Shown here: positions 1-10,704 of the stretch, in pieces
How the letters are laid out: each line of letters begins with the position of its first letter
Numbering within the stretch: position 1 is the first letter of the stretch
Assembly (NCBI GenBank): GCA_907165135.1
Contig: OU015569.1
Coordinates: 12,152,001 to 12,216,000, forward strand
Direction of reading: 5' to 3'
From: Oikopleura dioica
Lineage: Eukaryota > Animalia > Chordata
Length of the DNA: 64,000 nucleotides
Made by a program: the position numbers and the translations under genes
The notes under the pieces: model-generated
The model's input: the letters and a program-made list of their open reading frames with translations, nothing else
Told to the model about the DNA's origin: nothing
Database searches by the model: none

Positions 1-21
1 ATGATTTGCTGAATATAAAAA

Positions 22-396
22 GTGAATGAATCCATTTTAAAAGAAAAAGAATTCACATTCTGCCGCGACTGCAAAATCCGCGAGTTGGAAGAAGAAACGA
101 TTTCGGAAGAGATGGAACAAAGTTTCAAGAGTTCCAGCGCGAATAAAAGCAAAAACTCGGGCTGGGGCGCTACTAGTGCCGACAAAAGCAGCTCGAAATC
201 GAGCTCTGGGTGGGGAAACAGCTCAACTCCGGTGAAGTCGAGCGGTTGGGGTGCTTCTTCCAGTCAGGCGCCGAAGACTTCGACGCCGAACGCGAAAAGC
301 AGTTCCCAAGCGGCTTCTTCTCAGTCCAAATCCGTCACGTGGGGAGGAGCGTCGAAAAGTAAAGAACCAGCACCACCAGGCTCGTTTTCGATCTGA
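22..396 (+). CDS. Exon (probably 5'-incomplete) encoding FCxxC followed by a Ser/Lys-rich low-complexity tail with four GW/WG motifs
   Basis: ORF 22-396 reads FTFCRDCK, then SGWGA, SSGWGN, SSGWGA, TWGG. It may splice on via a GC donor at 380 to the AG at 700-701. Confidence 0.5.
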   Translation: MNESILKEKEFTFCRDCKIRELEEETISEEMEQSFKSSSANKSKNSGWGATSADKSSSKSSSGWGNSSTPVKSSGWGASSSQAPKTSTPNAKSSSQAASSQSKSVTWGGASKSKEPAPPGSFSI

Positions 397-404
397 TTCA
401 GAAT

Positions 405-644
405 CTGGTCTCGAAAACCTGTGTAGAAAACCTGAGTCAGGTTTCGAGGACCTAAAATGAAAAGCCGCGTAGCGGCTTTTAAAACGAAGCCGCGAAGCGG
501 CTTCGCCATTATTAGAAATAAAATCAAAGAGATTGTATAGCGAAGCCGCTTCGCGGCTTCGTTTTTTAAAAAGCCGCTACGCGGCTTTTCATTTTAGGTC
601 CTCGAAACCTGACTCAGGTTTTTTACACAGGTTGCCGAGCCCAG
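405..644. mobile_element. MITE family 1 (CTGGGCTCGGCAACCTGTGTAGAAAACCTGAGTCAGG terminal inverted repeats), full palindromic copy
   Basis: Near-perfect 240-bp foldback; ttcagaat is duplicated at 397-404 and 646-653. Confidence 0.9.
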
Positions 645-720
645 GTTCAGAATGCTGTTAAAATTATTTTCATTCTTCAAAAATTGAAAAATCAAAACCA
701 GTGGCCGGCTACGGCAGTAA

Positions 721-1306
721 ACAAGGAAGTGGCAGTCAACAAGCGACGGCGAAAAAGATCTGATTGGAAAAACACCGACTGGAACTGCCGTCCCCTTCGC
801 CGGAAAAAACGAAAAAGGATTTTCCTCGAAGATCAAGAAATTCGCCAACGTGGTCGATTTGTCGAACGGGGAGTCGAAGGCGCTGCGGCCGGAAGACGTC
901 AAAGACGGACTCTACTATTTCCAGTGGCAGTTCTCGCCCGTCACCAGTCGATTTAAAAGAGACGTGATCTTCAGCCAGCGGCACCAGTTCTTCGGAATGC
1001 AGTTTTGGATGAAGTGCGAGCTCGACGGGCAGCTCAAGATCTCGCTCTCGAAGGGAGCCGCCATCAAGTGGCAGTACAAGGTCATTCAGGACGCGCAGCA
1101 GAGCGTCTCTGGAGAACACAAGGGAAACTTTTACAGCTGGAAGAAGGTGCTCTGCCAGAACAACTGCGCACTAGGTAAAAAATGCGAATTTACGATGATT
1201 TTTATCCATCTCTCTTTCAGATTCGCAGAAAGTGTATATCGACCGCGACGCAGAACTGATAGAAGTGCAGCTAGTAGTGACGCATTATCGCCCCGAGCTC
1301 GCTTAG
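721..1306 (+). CDS. MATH/TRAF-C-like domain protein (exons ~721-1174 and 1221-1306; 5' end unresolved)
   Basis: YYFQWQFSPVTSRFKRDVIFSQRHQFFGMQFWMKC...KISL resembles the MATH pattern FxW...SxxF..G..W. A 46-nt GT-AG intron at 1175-1220 restores the frame to ...DAELIEVQLVVTHYRPELA*. Confidence 0.55.
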
Positions 1307-2891
1307 TTACAGTAATACCCTGCTTTTCCTTCTCTCCTGTTTCCCTCTTTGCCACTCCAGCAGTTACTGTCTCAATAAACTTATTCTTCCATTCGAAACC
1401 GATTTCGTTTTTTTAAATGAAGAAAACAGTTTGTTTTTATTTATTTTTTTTTTACAGAATAGGTCATGTTTTATTCTCATGCATTTCGATAAGCAAAGGA
1501 GCTATCTCTTCGCCGCTATAATTTATATAAATCGATCACGTGTTTTGAATAAAAGAATGATTGTTTTTTTTCAGTCATCGAGTTCTAGTCAGAGTAATTG
1601 AATAAGCTTGCGGCAGAATATACCATTTTTCAGTTTCCATGTTGAATTCTTCGTTCACTAACTCAACGAACTCGTTGTTGTCTCCATAAAAAACAAAGTC
1701 GTTGTAGCTGTTGTAGCAGTTTTCCATCATTTCGTAAACGGCGTAGAATTCTCTTGAAACTGGAATTCTGATTTGAGAGCCGGAATGGTCGATGAGCGTG
1801 TTTTGGAGAATGAATTCGGAGTTTTCGATTCGGTCCAGCACCATTTGGTGGAAAATCATTGATCGGTCGGGATTTAGATATGCGCCGGTGACGGTTAGGG
1901 GACGGGAGAAGACGAAGTTGCCATGGAGGAGGACTTAATTTAATTTTTATTTGATTTTTAGTTTTGAATTTTTACCTTGCTCGAAATCGAAATTGGCAGT
2001 TATCGAGTGCTCTGTTCTGGTCATACGTGGTCAATCTTCGGGGTAGGGATCCCGAAGAATAGACGATTTTAAATACGCTCAATCTTCGGGGTAAAATCCC
2101 GAAGAGCGACCGATAGAAAATGCGGCCAATCTTCGGGGTCTCGAAAATCCGGAGACGAAGAATAACCGATGAACATTGTGGTGAATCTTCGGGGTCAAAA
2201 AAAACTTTGAAGATGAAAACTATCAAACAAATAGAAATCCGATGCTATTAATTTCAATAAATTTATGAATGAATAATAATTTTATGAATATTATTTTATA
2301 AAAGTGGCCGATATTTCCGACCAAAATTGAGAGATTTCCGAGAAAAAAATTCGTCCTAAAGATTGAAAGCCAATTAAAAACTCTCTTATTGAAAGTTTTT
2401 AACAGTAAACTATAGTAAACTATTTTAAAGTAGAAAATTATCAAATCTGATTGTCCCTTACCTCGGGGCTCCGCCCCTCGGTCCTAAGATGCCGGGGTCT
2501 AGTCTAGGGTTACTTAGGGTTAACCCTAGCCTATCCCCCTCGGGTAATTTGTTCCGTCATTTTTGAAGGTGCCCCCTAACCCTAACCTTAATTTTAGCAA
2601 ATACTATGATTTTAATTTTTTAATCGGAAAAAAGTCTTTCGGGAGCATGGAAGAAATTTGAAGGATACTCTAAGATACTTTTAAGCTGAGAACATTCGTA
2701 GGTTATCGACTTGGAAAGAGCGTTCTTCTGGTGAAGGAGAATCTCTCTGTCGCCTTCAATTATTATCAGTTAGTCCATATTATTACGGACGATTTTCTTG
2801 ATTTCAATAATAATTATTTCTTCCATTTTTTCATTTAAAAGAATGAATAGAATAGACGAAGTTTTCTGTTTTTGAAAGAAATCGTGCTGAT

Positions 2892-3308
2892 CAGAGTTGG
2901 TTAACCCCGGAACGCATGGCCATTTTTGCCAATTTCTGACCACTATTTAACCCAATATTGTCGCGATTTGGGCATAGAGAGAATAAAAATCCGGGTTTAT
3001 ATATTATAACCGGACTCTAAGCTACAAAAATATAACTTGAGCGTGATCATATTATCTGCGTATATCAAATATAATATGGGTTTTTTGATGAGCAAAATCG
3101 TATTACCCAAAAATGGGTCGTATATGCGTTCCGGCGTTAAAAAGTATACTTCACCCGCCCTTCAAAATGATTCATTTTAAATGAAGTATACTTCCGAGCC
3201 ATTTCGTACTTCAAATTGAAGTACGAAGCGCATTCTGCGCTTCGAGAATGAAGGGCGCCCTGCAGATTTTTGAAGCGCAGGGTGAATTATACTTTTTTAC
3301 CAACTCTG
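2892..3308. mobile_element. hAT-type MITE nested in the 2019-3526 element
   Basis: CAGAGTTGG...CCAACTCTG termini with a ~28-bp TIR once the inner insert is removed; 8-bp TSD gtgctgat at 2884-2891 and 3309-3316. Confidence 0.85.
2905..3136. mobile_element. piggyBac-type MITE nested in the left TIR of the hAT MITE
   Basis: TTAA on both sides (2901-2904, 3137-3140); TIR ccccggaacgcat versus cgccggaacgcat. Confidence 0.8.
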
Positions 3309-4700
3309 GTGCTGATAGCAACATTCATAAGGCGGGCGGATGATAGGAATTTCGATAACGCGGCAGCGAAATTTAGCACTCGCCGATCTCAAAAACACTC
3401 ATTTGACCCCGAAGAATAACCGCATTATATATTGGTAGCTCTTCGGGATCGTACCCCGAAGATTGAGCGTATTTAAAATCGACTATTCTTCGGGATCCCT
3501 ACCCCGAAGATTGACCGCATATGTCGTCTGTTCTTTCTTGTATAATTTTCCATCCACTATCATTTAAATATGTTCTGAACTTCAATCTTCTTAGAAGCAA
3601 TTCAATTTCGTTGTTTTGAAATTCTTGTTCTTCAAATTTCGGATTGAGGTTGAAGCCAGCCAAACTCCGCGGGTAAATCACCATTGTCAGATTTGTGAAG
3701 ATTTTTTCCAGAGTAAAATATCTTTTCATTTTCCAATCTTCGAATTTCAAATCATTTTCGAGTGCCCATCTCAAAAGCACCGAAACAGAAATGGGCACAC
3801 AGAGATCGCTTCCTTTTTGGTTTAAAACATTCTTTGTCACGTTTTTGAAGTCGAAATTGATCTGTTTCGTCAGTTTTTGTTTCAGACTGGCCATTGCAGT
3901 TGATTTCGTTAAATTCGGATCGTCTAAGCAAAAATCAGAAGACGCGTTTTCAAGAGAAATGATTTTTGACAAGCTTTGGATATCTTCGGTTGAGGGAGCG
4001 ATGCAAGTCTAAGAAAGGTTATTTTCTTTTAAAAAAAGTAAAGACTTACCTCAAGTTCTTTTTTGATGAATTCTCTTTCTTTTTCTTCGATTGGTTTGAA
4101 TAAAAGAGTCCAGGCCGTCTTCCACTCGCAAAGAATAAAAATATGAGTTTCAGATTGACACCATCCGTACATTCCGCCTATCTGCGGGCCATAAGAAAAG
4201 GCAGGAGACCCAGCATCTACGAAAAAAGATAAAACACGCGCATTTTTCATCAAGCTCAAAACTTACATAAACAGCTACTTTCTCTAAATCTGCTTCCTCT
4301 CCTCGCGTATCCCATCTCCCGATAACTCTTTCGTCCAGTCGATTCCTTAATAATGCTGAAATCAATCCATTTGGCTTCTCCATTTTTCAGAAGCACATTT
4401 TCCGGCTTCGTATCGCAATGAATAATTCCAATATTCTCTAAATACTCTCTTCCCTCTTCAACGCCAACCGCAATTTTCTTCCTTTCGTCCAAATTCAACT
4501 CATTACTCTTCAATTTGCTTCTCAAATCCGCGTCGCATTTCTCCATAATCGTGATCCAGCCAACACAGTCTTCTTTTTCCAAATCGCTGCTCAAAAACAC
4601 TTCGATGTTGCAGAAATTTTTGATCACATTTTTGTGAAAAGGAATTACTCGGGCATCGTCTCTTTCTTTGTTTTGGGCGATTTCGTATTCTTAAAAAATA

Positions 4701-5015
4701 CAGACAAAACGGACAATTCCGGAAGTTTTTTTTTCGGGAAAAAGCGCCAAATCTCCGGAATTGTCCGAACTCGACTGGCATTTTTTTTTTGCGTCAGAAG
4801 TGCCTTTTTTAAGGGTGTCAACCAGAAAATGGGCTTTTTTGACCCTTCTCTGATTTCTTTTTTCCTTTTTATTTGAAAAAGGTGGCCCTATATAGAGAAT
4901 AGGCCTCTCAGTTGAATTTTTTGTCTTAACTTTCCGGAATTGTGCGCTTGCAAAATTTTTCCAATTTCCCTCAAATCTCCGGAATTGCCCGTTCCGGAAT
5001 TGCCCGTTTTGTCTG
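4701..5015. mobile_element. Tc1/mariner-type MITE in a kinase copy A intron
   Basis: TA TSD; TIR cagacaaaacggacaattccggaa / ttccggaattgcccgttttgtctg. The homologous intron in copy B is only ~40 nt. Confidence 0.8.
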
Positions 5016-5945
5016 TAATAAAACAGATAAAAAAAAAATAAAAAAATAACAATTACCTTCCGAAAGATGAATTTCAAAGCCCAATTCTTCATTCCCCACA
5101 AACAACGCCGAGTCAAAAGCCTGCACCCGAACCGCCATTTCCAAACCTTCGAATTTTTCTTTCAAAACAATTGCTTCTCCTCCAGCTGAAATCAATTCAA
5201 AAGATTCATCGAGAATCCATTCTCCGGTTTCTTCTTTTAATTCCGAACGTTGAATTTTTCGTCCTTCGAAGCCTGGATTTTTCAAAAGAATCATTTTTTG
5301 AAATGAACTTATTGCCCGTTCTTCCTGTACTTTGCGTCCAGAAAACGGGACAGTTCCAGACAGCTTTCCTTCTCCATGTTCGAAAATGACCTCCTCCCAT
5401 ACAGCACACTCATCATCTTCAAACTCCATTCTGTCCATCGACAAAATCAACCTGTCCAAATCATTTCTGCTCGTTTTTCTCTTCAATTTCTTTTGAAACT
5501 TTTCCAGCCATTTCTCAACAGCTTCTCTTGTCAGTTCTTTTGGATGCGTCAATTCGTTTTCCAACTCATAAGACTCATTAGATTCTTGACTTGTCTCGTT
5601 CATTTTCTCTTCAACAGAAGCCTCTTGCAAACCTGCCGTCTTTTGGCCGGAATCGCCGCCGATTCGATCAAGAACAATGGGAATTCCTTCGCCTCCCAGA
5701 AGCTCGACCAAAGAACAGATTCTCTTGTTCAATTCGATTGCCCGATCCATCAGCTGTTTCTAATGATTTCTCGAAAGAAATAATAATCAACAAGAAAAGA
5801 AGTTTATTTTTGAAATGATGCTCGCTTCGCCGGTTTTAAGACCAGATCATAAAACTCTTCTGATTCCGCTTTTTGGGTTCGTTTTTACGATCTTACCGAC
5901 GAGCATAAGCGCGCTGATTATTGCCCCTCTTCCTTGTTGTCAAAT

Positions 5946-6100
5946 CTGAGTCAGGGTCTGAAAAGTTTTAAATAAGATTGAATGATTATTTGGCGAAGCC
6001 GCTTTGCGGCTTCGTTTTTTAAAGAAGCCGCTACACGGCTTTTCATAATAGATTTTTTCAGACCCTGATTCAGGTTTTCTACCCAGGTTGCCGAGGCTAG
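5946..6100. mobile_element. MITE family 1, partial copy
   Basis: ctgagtcagggtctgaaa ... gaccctgattcaggttttctacccaggttgccgag. Confidence 0.8.
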
Positions 6101-6171
6101 ATGAGGGGACTTACTGTCTTACTGACGAGCATTTTGAAGTTAGGGCAAGGGTCATTATTCTCTTTATTTAA

Positions 6172-6849
6172 GGAGGTGTGGGCGGTTTTCGTGAAATTGA
6201 CCATTTTCAAACAGCACTCAGGCTCAGATGGGTAAGAAAATTTTTAAAAACTCTTCTTCTACTTATAGATTTGACCGTAAACTAGAGTTGAAATTTTTTT
6301 CAGAAAAAATGCTTAAGGGATTTTGGCCATACAGAGCTCACTTTCAAGTCATGTCCGTGAAAATCATCATTTTGCGTCATTTTTGAACGCGATTTTTCTT
6401 ATGAAAATATTTTTATTTTTTAAAACTAAGACAATAAAAGGAAACTTCCATTGCTGTTCTAGGGGTGAATTGAAGGAATTTAATATTTCTCAAAAAATGC
6501 TTATTGTAAGCTTGCGATTGAAAGTTGGGTCTAAAACGTCCAAAAATTGTCATTCGAAATACAGTTAGCTCGTAATACAGTAAAATAACGCAGTCCGTGT
6601 TATTATCAAAAATACTTAACAAGAAGTAAACTTTCCAAAAATATAAAAATAATTCAATTTTTAAGACATTGAAAAATATAATTTTGCAAGTTTTCATGAA
6701 AACGCCAACTTTCAATGCCATTTTTTACTATCTTTCTCTATCGATGAGAAAAAACATAGGGACCTTTTTTGTTGCTCTTGACCTGAGCTATCTAAAAATG
6801 GAAAGAAAATTTGAAAATTCGAATTTTCGCCAAACCGCCCCGTACCTCC
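6172..6849. mobile_element. Kolobok-like non-autonomous element in the divergent intergenic region
   Basis: TTAA TSD; GGAGGT...ACCTCC imperfect TIR of ~28 bp. Removal restores colinearity with the copy B intergenic region near 13775-13805. Confidence 0.75.
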
Positions 6850-7073
6850 TTAAATTATATTTAATAAAAACCAATGCAACAAACACATAAATATTTCGAC
6901 GAAAATCTTAAAATTCGCAGCTGCAAGTTCAAATAGCCAAAATCGCAAAGGGTGAAAACTTGGCAGAGGATTTGCCTTTTTCGCCGGTCAATATTTGACT
7001 CTGGAAAGGGTCCCATTTTTTGGGGTCCCACTCATCCAAGTCGAGCAAAAGCAAGAAGAGAAAAACAAGGAAG

Positions 7074-10000
7074 ATGAAATTTTTAGCTTTTTTAGTTTTC
7101 TGCGTTCTGGCGCAATTTGAAGACAAGAATAGAGACGCTTGCAATGAAATTGGTACAAAAACATCTTTCAAGGGAAAATTTCGAATTTCAAATTTCAATT
7201 TAGATTGCAACTACTTCCAGGATCCGTTTTCCTGGCCTTCTTGCTTTGTCAGAGGAGATGTGGCTGTTGATCTGTCTCTTCATCCCTGCAGGTTCTAGAG
7301 GCTTTTTAAGGAGGATTTTTGATTTATATTTTCGTTAATCTTAATAGGCTTAGGGTTTGAGACAACGAAGAAGCTAGAATAATTTTATCGACAAATCATC
7401 GTTATATTAAAATTCCTTACTCTTCCGCTCCCCTCGATCTTATGGTGTTTCGATTTTCAAATATTCGGGCAAACAGTTTTCGAAAAAACAACAGCTCTGT
7501 GTGTAAGTCACGGCTATCCTCGGCGCGACTTCGAACGCTTCGAACATAAAATAGCTCTAGAATTTTATTTTAACTTGAAGCCGCGAGGTTCTAGAGCTAA
7601 AACTTGAAGGACAGTAAATTATGTCATTCATAAATCCGAATGGGAATATTAAATTAAAGCTTATACTCTTAATTTAATTATTTAACTTCATTTAAATTGA
7701 TCAGGCGGCTACCTGAACCGGCTGGACCAAATTCAAAACTTCACGATCGACCTGAGCCACCGCGTTCGCGACCTGGAGGTGCGTCAAACGACGAACCCGC
7801 GCGAGTTCCTGCGCCAAATGGCGATCCTCTTCACCGACAGAATCGACGTCATGAAAAGCGACATGCTCGAGCAGCTGCAGAAGATCACGAAGCACGAAGA
7901 GCGTCTGGCCGAGTTTTACGGCGAACTGAGGCAGCACAGCAGCAGCGTCAGCACCAACGGCGCCAACATCGAATTCAACCAGAAAATGATCGAACAGCTG
8001 CGCCAGAAAATCGAGAAACTCGTTGACCAGAATTCTGAGCAGAATGTTTCAGAGTAAGGCTTTACGATTAAGGCTTCCTAGAAGAAATTTTTTGGGCTTG
8101 GCAACTTGCGAAGAAAGCCTGAGTCAGGGTCTGAATGATCTGATGATAAAAGCCGCGCAGCGCCTTTTAAAAACAAAAACGAACGACGCTGAGGAGCGAG
8201 CTCATGCGCCAGATTGCCGAAGCGATCGAGGTTTTCGAACGCGACTTGCAAAGGAACAGATTTTCAATCAGCCATTTAGTCATTCAGAGCAGTTCTAGAG
8301 CTATTCTAGAGCTGCATCTATGGAAAATCTGGTAACAGAACCTCGGAAATGATCAGAGACACAATCATCAAGAACGACGTTTCTCACCGAGTGGAGAAAT
8401 TAGAGAAGAACCAAGTCTACATCCTAGACACCGGGACTCATCTTCTCGCCAGAGCTAATCATCAACTTGATCAATTAATTAAAAATACTTTGAGGCAGGC
8501 AATTTCAAATGCCAATCCTTTTTGCAGAAAAGTCTCATTTTGTCCCCCTTTTCTTCCCAGGCTCAGAGTGGTTAAACTTGATCTTGAATTTCTTAATCCT
8601 AAATTTTAATTGCCCGACTTGACAAATGCCCGTGAATCGCCCTAATTAGTAGCTTCTGATGAGTCCCCTTCAGACCAGATCCAGGAAATTTCGCTCAAGC
8701 AGAATTTCGGCGACTTTCCAAAGCGAAAAACGAACTCGACGACGCTGAAGAAACTGCCGGATTTTGAAGAGCAGCTTTTGAAAACGGAAAAGTCGGAAAA
8801 CGGAAAAAGTTGCGAGTGCGATATTCCTCCGGCAATCGGCCAGGCGATTATTCAGCAGCAGTTGAGAATGGATCTCGTTCTTTCGGAGAAATCGACCATG
8901 GCCTTGGAATTGAAGTCGCGAAAGGAAGAAAATGAGTTTTTGGCGATCGAAGTTCAGAAATTAAAAGACGAGAGACAGCAGATTTTGAGCGTCGTTTCTG
9001 AATACCAGCACGAAGTCAAGGTAAGATATGGGCTCGGTAATCAAAGTGGAAAACCTGTGTCAGGGTCTGAATCCCTTTATTAAAGATCTTTCAAAGCCGC
9101 GACGAAGCTCTGATCCAAGAGCACGAAAAACGCCTCAACGCCCAGGCCGAGTCGATTTCCAGCACCGCAGCAGTGGCGCACTTTACGAAGCATCGGGGTG
9201 CGCGTCAGTTAAGGCGTTTTTGCCATTTGCGTCCTTTAAGGCGTTGCGTCAGTTAAGGCACTTGCGTCGCTGAAAAATGACTAGTGGAATTCTGATATCA
9301 ACTAGGGTCTGCTAGATTTCTTGATAAAATATTACTTTACCAATTCCTAGGGTAAGTGCCAGAGTTAATATTTTCTCAAGAAAATCTTTTTATATTCAGT
9401 TATAAGCTGAACCGCTGGTTTATGATTGAATTTGAAGTTTTTCGTGATAGAATAAATTTATTATTTGTAAAAATAAAGGTTCGACACTAAAATTTTAGTT
9501 AATTTTCTCAGATCGTTTTCAATACGTATCGTATTTAAATTATTTTGAATACGCTGTTAAATTTGAGATTGAAATGAGAATTTCAAGGATAGTTACAATC
9601 GAGGTAATTTAGCAGACCCTAGTTGATATCAGAATTCCACTAGTCATTTTTCAGCGCCTTAACTGACGCAAGTGCCTTAACTGACGCAATGCCTTAAAGG
9701 ACGCAAATGGCAAAAACGCCTTAACTGACGCGCACCCGAAGCATCGCTTACAAAGTAAGTGAAGCTCTTTCCGAGTTCAAAAATGCTCAAAGAAATTGAT
9801 TAAAGACGCGCGATTCCGTTGCGCCGGCCACGGGAAAAAGAAAGGAAGCTTCTGCTTCAACTTGAGCAAGGACAAGCGCTCGTGGGAGGCGGCCGAGCAG
9901 AGATGTAACAGACAGGGCGGATCTTTGGCGGTGATCAAGGACGAGGACACGATGTTGTATATTACGAATTTGATTAGAGGCAGCTCTTATGTAAGTCAAG

Positions 10001-10501
10001 CAAGATGGCAATTATCTTCGAATTGACTGAAATTCCAGTCGACAACCATAGCTAAAACCTGAGTAAGGGTTCGAAAATGCTCAACAGAGAGCCGCGTAGC
10101 GGCTTTAACAAAAACGAAGCCGCAAATCGGCTTCGATAGTTTTAGAAAATTAATTCAAATGGTTACTTGGCGAAGCTTTCTGTTGAGCAGCTTAAAACTC
10201 TGACCCAGGTTTTTAACAGCACTGATTGAAATAACTGTTCAGGACACTTCCTACTGGGTTGGATTGTCGCTGGACAAAGAGAGCGACCGCCTCAGCTGGG
10301 TAGACAACACGACCGTCACTGAGAGCTCTTTCCAAAACTGGTACGGAGAAATCCGCCCGACAGTAAGTTCTACCACTCATTCCCTTCTTTCAACGATTCT
10401 AGCGCTCAGAGCGGTGCATTCAGTCCGCGGGCCTGCAGTTCGGCTACAAATGGTACCCCTCAAAATGCGACCGCGAGTTCCGCTACATTTGCCAAGTCTA
10501 A
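7074..10501 (+). CDS. Secreted protein: signal peptide, Cys-rich N-terminus, long coiled coil, C-terminal C-type lectin-like domain
   Basis: MKFLAFLVFCVLA...; coiled-coil exons 7705-8053, ~8312-9020 and 9086-9194. CTLD exons 9806-9990, 10243-10362 and 10402-10501 give FCF..SWEAAEQRC..QGGSLA, YWVGL, NW, C..KW....C....YIC. No EPN/WND motif. Middle exon joins are uncertain. Confidence 0.7.
9196..9737. mobile_element. Mutator/foldback-like MITE inserted in a lectin exon
   Basis: 9-bp TSD gaagcatcg (9187-9195, 9738-9746); GGG...CCC termini; TIRs of ~120 bp. Confidence 0.85.
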
Positions 10502-10704
10502 TCCCCTTTTTGTAAATGTGCTTCTTTCACTTGTCCTACCACCTGCCGCAATCTCTTCAAACTGTACATCGATAATAAAACAAAGAGCAAAATAGCTGTT
10601 TCCGTTCTGGTTGGTTTCTGAACAGGAGCTATTTCTTCGCCGCTCTAGTAATAGTCGACTGCAAAACTAAAAAAATGAAAATAATTTTCGCAATTTTTAT
10701 TTTT

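Larger units (their letters stand above)
2019..3526. mobile_element. Non-autonomous DNA transposon with long subterminal inverted repeats and 8-bp TSD
   Basis: tctgttct flanks both ends (2011-2018, 3527-3534). About 150 bp of inverted cttcgggg/ccccgaag repeats at each end. No transposase ORF. Confidence 0.85.
1575..5750 (-). pseudogene. Divergent protein kinase fused to a papain-like domain, copy A; coding exon interrupted by a 1.5-kb transposon
   Basis: Kinase motifs ISAGGEAIV, MAVRV, HCDTKPEN, DFS. C-terminal NQKGSDLC ... FHQMVL...FILQNT. Removing 2019-3526 plus one TSD restores ...IQERTEHSITANFDFEQ, matching copy B. Confidence 0.75.
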
